Assembly (NCBI RefSeq): GCF_037042905.1
Contig: NC_087255.1
Coordinates: forward strand, 10,416,001 to 10,480,000
Source of the DNA: Lytechinus pictus
Lineage: Eukaryota
DNA: 64,000 nucleotides
Direction: 5' to 3'
In this document: positions 39,594 through 50,830 of the stretch, piece after piece
How positions within the stretch are numbered: the stretch's first letter is position 1
How the letters are laid out: the number at the start of each line of letters is the position of its first letter
Program-made: the position numbers and the translations under genes
The notes under the pieces: generated by a model
What the model was told of the DNA's origin: nothing
Databases searched by the model: none
What the model saw: the letters and a program-made list of their open reading frames with translations, nothing else

Positions 39594-39664
39594 TTCTTGG
39601 CAGTTCGTCATTGACATAGTCCAAGATATCACTGTTGTGTCTTGAAAGAAGGCCATCCACGTCT
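39594..39664 (-). CDS. CCDC24: CCDC24-like, coding exon 3
   Basis: tttattacag|A ... A|gtaaga; RDVDGLLSRHNSDILDYVNDELPR. Confidence 0.85.
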
Positions 39665-40215
39665 CTGTAATAAATGAAAGAGTCTATTTAGAAATTGCAT
39701 GCTTATAAAAAATCACCTTGATGAAGTTTGTTTTAACAAGAAAACAAGAGGAAAATATTTAGGAAAGTTTGATGAAAATCCAACAAAGAATATATTTTCA
39801 CATTCTGATCTTATGACAAATATCACAAGCAAATAACATGGGGGCTCAGGTGATTTCATCCCCCCTCCAAAAAAAAATTGGTCAAAAGAACCCTAAAAAA
39901 TTCCCATTCCCTGCAATATCAAAGTTTATCCAATGTTGCAGATCTCAGCCAGTAGGTTGGGAAAAGTAGCCCAAGAAAATAACAATAACATTTTTTTTAA
40001 ATGCTACAACGCATGCAATAAGCTACCCCACACATCTATGTCATGTATTTTTAAATAAGTTCCATTATTTTTTTCTTTTAATGGCTGCAATAGATTTCAC
40101 ATTGAAGCATGTATGAAATCAGATTAACATTAGTTTGAGTTCAACTGCATTATATTGCAATATTTTTTTAGGTTAAGCCCTTACTCATCTTCAATAGATA
40201 AGAAAGAAACACTTA

Positions 40216-40615
40216 GGCCCGAATTCACAAACATGGTTTTGAAAACCCATGGTTGAGTCCATGGTTTATGCAGATTTCCTGTATAAATTGTGCTTATTTT
40301 ACCGCATATTGGGCACGTGTATAAAAAATGTATAATGCTGATGCACGCTTTTGTCACAGTGCGCCAAATTGACGCCTGTTACCATGGTTAGATACGCTAT
40401 TTTATTCATGGGTCCACTGTTTGAAGAGTGGACTCATGAATAAAATAGCGTGGGTAACCACGGCAACAGGCGGCAATTTGGCGCACTGGGACAAAAGCAC
40501 GCATCAGCATTGGACATTTTTTAATATACGCGGTAAAATATTATTTATACATGAAATATGCATAAACCATGGACTCAACCGTGGGTTTTCAAAACCACCT
40601 TTGTGAATTCCGGCC
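40216..40615. mobile_element. Near-fully palindromic ~400-bp MITE
   Basis: ggcccgaattcacaa ... ttgtgaattccggcc, arms pairing to the centre near 40420; tta on both flanks. Confidence 0.8.
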
Positions 40616-41259
40616 TTAGTATCCATGCAATCAGTCCATCATTTCGCTCCCCCCCCCCTCCCCCCATGGTACACTGTACATAGCCTGTGATATTACAGAG
40701 GGATGGTACAATATTCAGGGGGTAAAGTAATTATCCTAAAATCCCTGGTGCAGAATGAACTGAACTTTGCACCATACTGAGAGATTAGATCTTAAATTCA
40801 CAACTATCTTATGTAATGCCAATATGATCCAGTTATCCTTTGACCTGCCAGTGTTCTTTCTGTCTAGTTTTATCAATAATACTGATAATATGCAACATAT
40901 AGCACTTAATACAATGTTTCTAAGCACTGCATACACTGAATAGTCTTTTAATAGTTGTGTTCTATCAACAATTCCTTTCTATTTTTTCAATAAATGATTT
41001 TTCCTCAGTAAAAAAAAAAATTATTTCAAAATGTAAATACAAGTTCCTGTGCATCTTCACATTTTCTCTCTCATCCTGGGAGGCTCAGTCAGGGAGAACA
41101 CTGACATTTTTCTGGATTTTTCCTAGATTTTTCCTAGAAAGTTTTGAAACAAACTTTCTGTGACCTATCTGGGAGGAAAGAACGCTTTGATGTAAACAGA
41201 TTCTTCCAAACCAGGTCTGATCGTGAGACTAATCCACAAATGTCTACAAGATTGAAACT

Positions 41260-41527
41260 GGGTCCCATCTGACAAATATTGCGATTGATCTGATCAACCA
41301 CAACTATTGAAAGCCAGAAACATCAAGACCTAAAAGGCATATTTGTTCAAAATATTTTTTTATCATAATGGATATTAATAAATTTTTAATTTTCTTGAAA
41401 ATTGGGTGTTTCTCTTTGTTCACTATGTGCAAATATCCTGTAGAAGAAAATTATGACATTGATGGATTTCCTTATAGTTGAGGTTGATTGGATCAATCGT
41501 ATTCCTAACTCTTTGTAAGATGGGGTT
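41260..41527. mobile_element. Degenerate MITE (family of 31352-31632)
   Basis: Shared body gcgattgatctgatcaaccacaactat...aactctttgtaaga. Confidence 0.7.
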
Positions 41528-41610
41528 CTGGTCTCGGGCCAGCCCAAAACCAGCAATTTTCCAGAAATGGGTCTTGGTGAATACAAAATGGAAATAAACC
41601 ATTCATTTAC

Positions 41611-41780
41611 CTTCCTTCCTCCTTCGCCTTCTCCCGCACACACTCAAGCAGCATCCTGATGTGGGTCTTCAGATTCTCCCTCATCCCGGGAGGTTCCGGG
41701 AGAAGATTGACAGGAGACGCAGGGATGTCGTCGTCCGTTTCCGCCCGATAGTCCTGCCATATGCTTAGAAGGTTATCCAC
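41611..41780 (-). CDS. CCDC24: CCDC24-like, coding exon 2
   Basis: cttcacaag|GTG ... AG|gtaaat; VDNLLSIWQDYR...LLPEPPGMRENLKTHIRMLLECVREKAKEEGR resembles human '[29 protein letters not shown]'. Confidence 0.9.
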
Positions 41781-41966
41781 CTTGTGAAGTCAAGTAAATA
41801 AAACCATTCAAAAATGTTTGAGTTCAGCTTCGCTTTTTGCGGCCCCAATGTGTAGTTTGCCAGCACATCTACATGTATATCAGGCAGTTTCTTTTTTTTT
41901 GGGGGGGGGAGGCTACTTTTCACAAACTACTGGTATTGCATAATCTGCAAGATTGGATAACTTTAA

Positions 41967-42746
41967 AGGGGGAGTTCACCCTGACGAAAATTTGTTGCAA
42001 AAATAGCAGAAAAAAATAATGTAAAAATATTGGCGAAGGTTTGAAGAAAATCCATTAAATATTAAGAAAGTAATTAAAATTTGAAATTTTTTATTTGTGA
42101 CGTCATGAACGAGCAGCTGCCCCATATGTTATGTAATATAAAATGCATTAATTTCATTTTTTAATGGTTCGCGATGACTTATTTCTGTTTTCTTTTCAGG
42201 AATGGGTGTGAATTGATTTGTCTATTAATGAACTAAATGTCACAGTAAAAACTATTTTCAATTTTCTGAGATAATGACATTTCATTGATTTTTTACCAAT
42301 TGATATGTAGGAAAGCTGCTTACGAAAGTTATTAGATTTTGAAGTTTTTTATTTGTAACATCATAAATTAGCAGCTGCCCCATATATGTTATGAATATGA
42401 AATGCACAAATTTCAATTATTTAATGGTTTGTGATGACTTATTTTTGTTTTCTTTTCAATAGCGGTTGTGAAATTATTTGTCTATTGATGAACTAAACTA
42501 AACGATATACTGAAGGTAGGCCTACAGTAAAAACCATTTTCAATTTTCTGAGAAAACGACATTTCATTGATTTTTTACAATATGATATGTAGAAAAGCTA
42601 CTCGTATATGACATCACAAATCAAATACTTAAAATTCTAATAACTTTTTTATTCTTTGATGGATTTTCCTCAAACCTTCCCAAAAATTTTTCATGATATT
42701 TTCTGCAATTTTTACAATAAAATTTTTGTCAGGTTGAACTTCCCCT
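41967..42746. mobile_element. TTAA-flanked element (family of 28794-29261, opposite orientation, internal duplication)
   Basis: TTAA|agggggagttca ... tgaacttcccct|TTAA; an internal block of about 270 bp occurs twice. Confidence 0.75.
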
Positions 42747-43309
42747 TTAAAGTAGATTGAAGTGAATGGGGAATGTGTGATTTTTTACCCTGGTGTTCAT
42801 GTATGTTTATGTTCATTTATATCATCCTTCAAGCAAAATTAAAAGAATGACTTATTTTCATATGTAATAGTCTCGGAGACCTGTATCTAAAGTGCAGAGG
42901 GCAAGTTTTAGTCAATTGTCTACTGGAACCGGGTTGTCCCTGTATCAAAGCCTACATGAGGATTACAGAATTCAGGAGGCTAAGGGTTAATTATTTTTTA
43001 TGCAATATCAATATCACTATCATCATTACATGTTCATATATCACAGTCTGCCTAAAATCAAATATTACACTAACCTAAATAGCTTCAAACTTATTCAGGT
43101 GTGGAATGAGTGTTACATTTCACTTTTGCATCTGTGAGATTGATAAAGTAATCTTTATCAGATATACATGTAGCTTGATGTCAAAAGGTAACAGCCACAA
43201 CTAGTCCATTTATGCAGCATTTGTACACAGATTTTATTATCAAGCTTCAAACTTATTCAGGTGTGGAATGAGAGGTACATTTCATTTTTGCATCTGTGAG
43301 ATTGATAAA

Positions 43310-46300
43310 GGGCATTTTCACCACAGATGGACACAGAGGCAAAAAAATCAAGTTTATATTCATGTCAAATGCTTTATGGTTTTTAATAAAACAAGACCTG
43401 AAGTTTCTGAGACAAACATTTTTCTGACTCTGGCAGCCATTTTTTATTTCAAAATGGCTGCCAAAGTATGGATACAAATTAGTGTTGAAAATAGTATATT
43501 GATACATATTTTGTTTTGACAGATTTTTAAAGAACAGGTTTGATCATGATGTTTTCGCCTGAGATTTAGCTTGCTATTATAACACTTTTTAAAATCCCAC
43601 AGAAAGAAACACCAGTAATTCATTTATCTGATAAAAAAACATTGATGAAGTATGTGATATGGTATGTAATGTCAGTTACCGAAAACATGAACTTTTTTTC
43701 TCATTTCCTGGAAAAGAGGATATATTATATGAAACTTGGTAGATTTCCTCTCTAGGTAACACCCCTCCCTTCTGCACCAAAATTAAAGATTAACAATTAA
43801 CAATGAAGCCATAGGGTACCATTAAATATATGTGATGTCAGTTACCAAGTGGAAAATGTAATGTCAGTTACCGAGATGTAATGTCAGTTACCATGATAAA
43901 ACGTTGGTTACCAAATGCAAATATGTGGTCAATTTTAGGGTGAAGAAATATTGTATACTTGTTATTAAGTCTTTCACTTTAAAAGTCTCACCAGAAGGAG
44001 CTTGCTATTGACTTTTAAAAGGTATATTTCACAAGGAATACTATATGAAATTATGAAGGAAGTTGCATTCCCATCGTGCAAAAAAAAAAATTACTATGAA
44101 ATTGTTTTGTACATGCACTTACCAAGTACCTAATTGTTTGTATCAGACAATTTTTTGTTTGGTTTTTTTTTTGGGGGGGTAGGGGGTACTATTCCCAACC
44201 TATTGCCTAAATATGCAAAAAAAATTAAGCTTAACATTGTGATGAAGGGGATTTCCAGGGTCCCTTTTTTAGTTTCCAGGATTCTTTTGAGCATTGCCTC
44301 GCTAAAAGTAAATTCCTGGTTTTTATACAGGTGTGGATGTGTGATACAATTTTGTTTTTGGTTTACAAGTATAGATGAAAAGTGAAATTTGACAGTTCAG
44401 ATCAATGTTGCATGGATCTACTAAAACTTTTTTTTTTTTAATTTACAAATAGTTCAGTATCAGCTTAGAAGCTGGAGTTTATTTTTTGTTGACAGGTTAA
44501 AAAAGAAATTAGCAAAGAAAATGATTAAACAAATTATGAAGAGAATTGAAAACCGACAGATATGAACAAGCATTGCTTGCACTGACCAGAATAGAAATCA
44601 ATAAAACTACATGGCTGCATGAGATTCGGGGAGGGGTACGTGTAGCCTAGGGGAGGAGACCCTTATTCATTTTGCCTTTTTTGAGGGGAGGGGAAGGTTG
44701 GAGAAGGAAAAGGTTTAAAAAGTCAATATAAACTGATGAATATATATTATGGGTGTATAGTCAGAAAAATCCATGTGTACAGTCAATGCAATATTAAATT
44801 ACTATAGGAAAACATGTAGCTGCTATGACCCCCCCCCCCCCCCGAGTAAGTAAAACATACATTTCTTATCTTTTGATAATTAAAAATGTGAAATATTATG
44901 AAACTTTTATTATTTTAAAAAGCCTTACATATATTAAGTACCAAGAAAATTATGCCCCTGAAAATCATATAGCACTGGTAAATGTTAATATGTATTGTCA
45001 GTTACCGACAAGTAATGATAAAAATGTTCAAGAAAGGAATTAAGAAAAATAATTTTTTTTTTCATTGAAATGTTCCTAGAAACTCGGGTATACTTCCGCA
45101 TCAAGCTCACTTTCATGTGAAGCCCTGCACAGAAGATACAATGCAATGATTCCACACATTTGACTTCCATGTGTTATCTCTATGGCAAATTAAGTGTTAT
45201 GTCAGTTACCGTAATGTCAGTTACCAGCATGGTTGTGGAAAAATTATCATAGCCCCCAAAAGACAAAAACGAATTGTTTAATATTTTGACACATCTTAAC
45301 CTAGTAACGGAGGTATATTTACATATTCAAATTATTACTCTATCTACTTCGGGACATGAGATATTTCAATTTTAATGAACACCCTGAAATTGCATGTCTT
45401 TTTGCGTAATGTCAGTTACAGAGCTGCCAACCTTGTGCAAGCAAAAAAAGGAATCAATCTGGCCAAAAAAAGGAATTTCCAACAAAAAAAAGGAATGTGT
45501 TAAAACGAACCTTAAAACCACACGCGACAAATATCCAATGCAAAAAGTATGTATGCAGTGAACAATAAAAAAAAATTAATCTCTAGGCCTAGTCTGGGCT
45601 AAGTAACCTAGTGTTACAAATTGGACCCTTAGTCTTGGGCCTGTTTTGACAAAATCTACCAACTTAAATTAAGTCAGTAGCAGGGCTCGAATTAAGAATT
45701 GAGAGGGGAAAGGCCATTTTTAAAAGGGCACTTTCAGCTTGGGGCAACCGGCAAAGTGGACTTGGATGCCCCAAAATTTCAAGGGGCATCAACGCCATGC
45801 TTAAGGGCATGAAGGCCACTTTTATTCTAGTCAAAAGGGCACCAAGGCAAATTTTTCAAAAAGACAAGTAGGACTTTAATTTTGTAGTGCAACCTACTCC
45901 GGCACTTCCTTACATGCCTTATGATGCTTATCAGAGTAAAGATCTGTCGAGAAAAAATTCTTTCAGGGGCACCAAAATCAGTTCTGGTGAACATTTTTAG
46001 GGCTCCGTTTTTCTGGGGCTACCTTTCCACTTTTAAAATAATACATTGTTTTGTGTTGAGTTTCCTGACAAACTACCAAATTGTAGACTAAGAGAAATAA
46101 AAAAAAAGTTCACATCAATTCAGACTTCTCTTCCCAAGTAACATTGTTTTTGCCAAACAGTACCCTTTAAAATTAAAGTGTCATAAAATGGATGTACATA
46201 TGTAACATTCCACAAATATAAAAAAATTATTCATAAATCAATCTAATCTAAAATTCAAATAGATCTAGAAGTTGAAATCATTCCACAAAAGTCCCATCGT

Positions 46301-47426
46301 AGATCACTTCACGATGTACACAGCTCAGCCTCAATCACACTGCACGCACACTCAATCATCCCCAGCAGTGACAGCACTATAGAGCAGACATCTAGGCCGC
46401 CAGAACCGGGGAAGAAATCTTCCCATTCCTGCTAAACTGAATGCTACAGTGCCGACTTTTTTAAAGAATTCCAAAAGCAGTAGGACATCTCTCTAGTATA
46501 AATCATATGAAACTATCAATAAATGTTGAATATCACCAAGAATTAGTACTTCAGGGGACAATGAAGAGCTTTCCAGGTCTTTTCAAAGCCGAATTTATCG
46601 TATTTGTTTGATACGAGTTGATGAAAATTAACCAGACAGAGTGTTGGCCCGTGCGTAAAGACAACGTATTAGCAGTTGCGTTAGATCTATCATTCGGCGG
46701 AAATCCGATTTTCGGATCGTTTTTTTTAAATAAAACATCACTTTATAGGAAAGAAATTACATGCAAATTTAAGATAAGATATATAAAATTCAGAAATATC
46801 GTACCTAAGACCGCAGTTACTGCTATTTCCTTTCAAATGATGATCAAAACATAATCATCTTCGATCCTTTCGTTGGTCATCGTAAGTTGCCATCTTGGAT
46901 GACGTCATCATCCTTACAGACGTATTTACCAGTCGCTATACATCGCGATTCGTGCCATGCATGCCGCTCGCATGTTCAACTATAAACGTATGTACGCGCG
47001 CGCCATCAAATTATTAAAGTGCGTTGGAAAACCGGCCGGCGGGCGACTACGCACGCGCAAGTACCAGGCTCATCTCGGGCTCAACACGCACTACACATAC
47101 ATACAATTATGTACACACATTATCAAAATTGTCAAAAAAACGTAATTTGAAAAGAAAAACCATAATGCCGTAATTTTAATGAAAAAACGTAATGATTACG
47201 GCAAAAATGTAATGGTTGGCAGCTCTGCAGTTACCGACACATTTTTGCTTGCTGATGCGTAAAAAAATGTGGTTACTTAGGAAAACTTAGTATCAGAGTA
47301 TACAGCAAAGTTCCCTTTATTAACTCTATCAAAAGCAAACTCCCATCATTTGTTGTTTTAGAGGTACACACAATGAAAGGTGTGAAAACATTGTGCCGTG
47401 TAATGTCAGTTACCGTGAAAATGCCC
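43310..47426. mobile_element. 4.1-kb non-autonomous DNA transposon with nested insertions
   Basis: TIR gggcattttcac / gtgaaaatgccc, TAAA on both sides, many aatgtcagttacc motifs; the empty site is visible in the adjacent duplicate at about 43137-43155. Confidence 0.85.
45419..47227. mobile_element. Nested 1.8-kb hAT-like element with 6-bp TSD
   Basis: Perfect 14-bp TIR cagagctgccaacc / ggttggcagctctg; CAGTTA duplicated at 45413-45418 and 47228-47233. Confidence 0.85.
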
Positions 47427-47622
47427 TAAAGTAATCTTTATCCAGATATAGCTTGATTTCAAAAGGTACATGTAACAGCCACAACTAGTCCATTTCTGCA
47501 GCAATTTGTACACAAATTTTATTCAACACAATTCTATGAAAGAACCGGCAGCATCTGTCGGTCACAGGTAGACTGGTTGGTTTGACTCGGCCCTACATGT
47601 ACATCTATATCAAATACCATAC

Positions 47623-47778
47623 CTCTTCGTGCAATTCCAGACTCTGCTCAATCAGGGAGGAACCGAGGATATCTCGAATGTCCGGTCTTTCTCCGGGAGA
47701 CACCAACTCCTCCACCAAACGCCAGAGGGAGAGGGGCTTCTCGTACGCCTCCATCATATTAGCGTTCACATCTTCCAT
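47623..47778 (-). CDS. CCDC24: Coiled-coil domain-containing protein 24-like, coding exon 1
   Basis: SLWRLVEELVSPGERPDIRDILGSSLIEQSLELHEE resembles the human CCDC24 N-terminus (SLWELVEEHV...ERREVKRILG...DLSLELRAE); donor GAG|gtatgg. The eight exons total 1239 nt = 412 aa with all phases consistent. The start ATG could instead be the downstream MM. Confidence 0.9.
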
Positions 47779-48862
47779 GTCTGAACATCTCTGATTCACG
47801 CATGAAGAAATCACTGTGTCCTTGGTGTGTAGACAGAGGGCATGTTCATGATATTGCTATCTTCATACAGAATAAGCAAGAATGGCGATTTGAGCGTGAC
47901 GGCTTAGTTGATTATACCCTTTGTGGTGTTACTGCGAGAATGGCCACTTGGTTGCTGGAGATTTCAATAGACTGAGCTGTAATATCAAACAATAAAGCAA
48001 CAATAATGGTAACATGAGCAGTGGCAGACGGTCCCATGGGGGAGAGGGGCGAGGACTTGACCCTAGGAGGCACTGATGCCTATGGACCCAGTGAACGTGT
48101 TGAAGACTAATGGGGTTAACAGTTCCTAATTTTTCACTTAATAATTTGAAATAAAACAAAACATTGCATAAATTAGAAGATCTACATCAATTCTTTACTC
48201 CATCATCTTGACAACTAGACAGCTAGAAATTCTCTCTGTTTAAAGGAGTTTTTTTTGGGGGGGGGTTTTCTCCTACACGTGGAGGTGTAGCGAAACAAGA
48301 TATACAGTGTACATGTAGTTCAGCAGAACAACTACTGTATAACAATCCACACTGAAGCTTTCGGTCAATGACCCATCAATTTGTGATTCAAAGTTTTTTC
48401 TTAAATCATACTAAAACTTTAAGGAATGCATCGACAACCAACTTGTCATTGTTACTGTAAATTACATTTCACAGGAAGAATGCCTTTTTTTATAATTCAA
48501 AATAACTTTGAATCGCACTGGGTGGATCTCCGATAATCAAGAATAAAAACAATTAGATATAGTCTTGTCTTGGGTTGAGTCAGCATATATGCAGACTTGC
48601 TGTACTCCGCCAACTAAACACAAGTTAGATTCTTTGGTCAAAAAAAGCATTTTGAAATAGTCTGATATCCACACCCGTACTTTTATGGATCTAGACCTTC
48701 TAGACTCTTAATTATGCATCATGATCTCTCTCTCTCTCCTGTGCTCTTCCTCCACTAAGGTCAAATGTTTACTAGTTACTACCAAGAAACTTATAGGACT
48801 ACAGCTTGTACCTACACTCCCGTACAGATGATGAATAAGAATTCCCTTAGCTGAGGAAGGAT

Positions 48863-50299
48863 ATGGTAAGGTCCCCCAAAGGGCCCAAGTCTGCGCAGAC
48901 ACAAATTTGCGCGAAGATATGCAACGACCATAAACTTTACAGGAGCAATACATAGAAAAAGTATTCATAAAAAAATCCAACTCAAAATGGTGGAAAAATA
49001 ACTAATTTTAGGCATTTCATGTGACGGTCTCAAAATGCGGCCTTTCTCATCAAAATCCCTGAATCATGTGTAAATGGGTGCGCAGACATGGGGCACCATT
49101 TTTTTCTTCAATCAGAAAATAACTGGCCGGGGTTCTTTTCCAAGAAAATCACATATTTCTTTCAATTTTTTAGATTTTACGGTACTCATAATTTTTAAGA
49201 ATATAAGGAACTTTATCAACTAAAAAATTTTGTGAAATAAAAAGAAATTTATGTTCAATCTTAGATAGATATAGGTCTAGTTAGGTGCGCAGACATGGGG
49301 CCCACCTTCTTCATACTATAGTTTTACACACAAAAAAAGACTGAGCGCGCCCTGAGTGTGGAAGATCATGAACTGAAGTCGAAATTTGAAGAAGTCTTGA
49401 ACTTAGAATTTTGCATTGAACCTGTCCCGGGGCCCGTATTAAACTTAGCAATGATCGTAGAACATTTTTCTACAATGTTACGGAACCCTGGGCCCGAGTC
49501 CCCGGTGAATACTAGAAGTCATACGCATAAAACTTTCATCTGACAAGTGATGACTCTGACTCGGAGTATAATGGTGGGCCCCAAGTCTGCGCACCTAACA
49601 ATTTGAGTTAAGATTTAACATGAATTTCTTCTTATTTCACAAAATCTTTCAGTTAATAATGTTCCTTATATATTTTTATGAGTAAGTGTACCAAATTTTT
49701 CATTGAAAAATGAAAGAAAATATAGGATTTTCTTGAAAACACCTCGGGCAGTCATTTTCAGATTGAAAAAAAAAATGGTAGGATGGGGGGTCGGGTGTCC
49801 GGACACTTGATCTTTTTGAAGCCTTCTTTTTTGTCTTTGGATTACACTAAAAATATGAATTCAATGCTAGTAATCATCTTCTGTTTTGTTCTTTATAATA
49901 TTTCCTAACGTTTTGTACTAAAAATTGATGAAACTTCGCTTGTAATTTTTTCAAAATGACTTTCTAAAATTGATCGTCCGGACACACAACCTGTCCGGAC
50001 ACACAACAACTGGGTATACCCCATGTCTGCGCACTCATTCACTTTGCACACGATTCAGGGATTTTGATGAGAAAGGCTGCATTTTGAAATTTGAGGCCGT
50101 CACATGAAATGCCCTAAATTCATTATTTTTCCACTATTTTGAGTCAAAAATTGTTATGAATACCTGTAGGCTATATCAGTATATGTATTGCATGTGTAAA
50201 GTCTGTGTTCGTTGCGTATCTTCTTTTAATAGAATCGCGCAGATATGCGACTCTTGCGAGTGCGCAGACAAGGGGGACTGCGCAGACTTGCCATACCAT
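48863..50299. mobile_element. Foldback-type non-autonomous element with ~450-bp inverted arms
   Basis: The arm at about 48863-49310 is the degenerate reverse complement of about 49570-50299; reiterated gtctgcgca / tgcgcagac motifs. Confidence 0.65.
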
Positions 50300-50662
50300 T
50301 CAACACTCAATTTTTTATTTTTATTTCCAATTCCATGTCTGATGAGGTACTTTTGCCCCACTGGTTTTTCTTGTGAGAGCCCCAAAACGGCGGGCGTCAC
50401 TGTCTGGAACGTCAGGTTAGTGCAATGTCAAGAGAGATGGTCTGAAGCAGAGCCAGAGCTGCGGCGGCATCTCTCTCCGAGCTCCGCTCTCCATCCCGAT
50501 CCCGCACCCTGCTGCAGTCTCATTCATTGTGAATTATTGTCGAAGTAAAATGAGATACGATTACGAGTGCGAGTGCGAATGAATTGAAATTTTGAATGAT
50601 TGATATTTTGTTAAAACTTAAAAACGTATATTAATTCAAAATATTATAACTTCCATACTTAC

Positions 50663-50830
50663 TGACTTGCTCCGGAAATTATATTGGTTCTTCTTTTAGC
50701 AAAAGTGGAAGTTGTCACAACGGGTTTTCCGGTTAAAAACGTAATTTTTTATTCACCTTTCAGTGAAAAATCAGAAAGTAGTTTACATTGACAACGCAAA
50801 ATGGCCACAGTTGTAGCGTCCTCTGCGTTG
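50663..50830 (-). promoter_or_regulatory. Candidate non-coding exon 1 and promoter of CCDC24-like
   Basis: Minus-strand donor CA|gtaagtat at 50662, CpG-richer region, X-box-like gtttacattgacaac (50781-50795) and YY1-like caaaatggc. Confidence 0.4.

Noticed and set aside
43310-47426. Transposase gene in the 4.1-kb element
   Set aside because: No long ORF or DDE-like translation in the ORF track.
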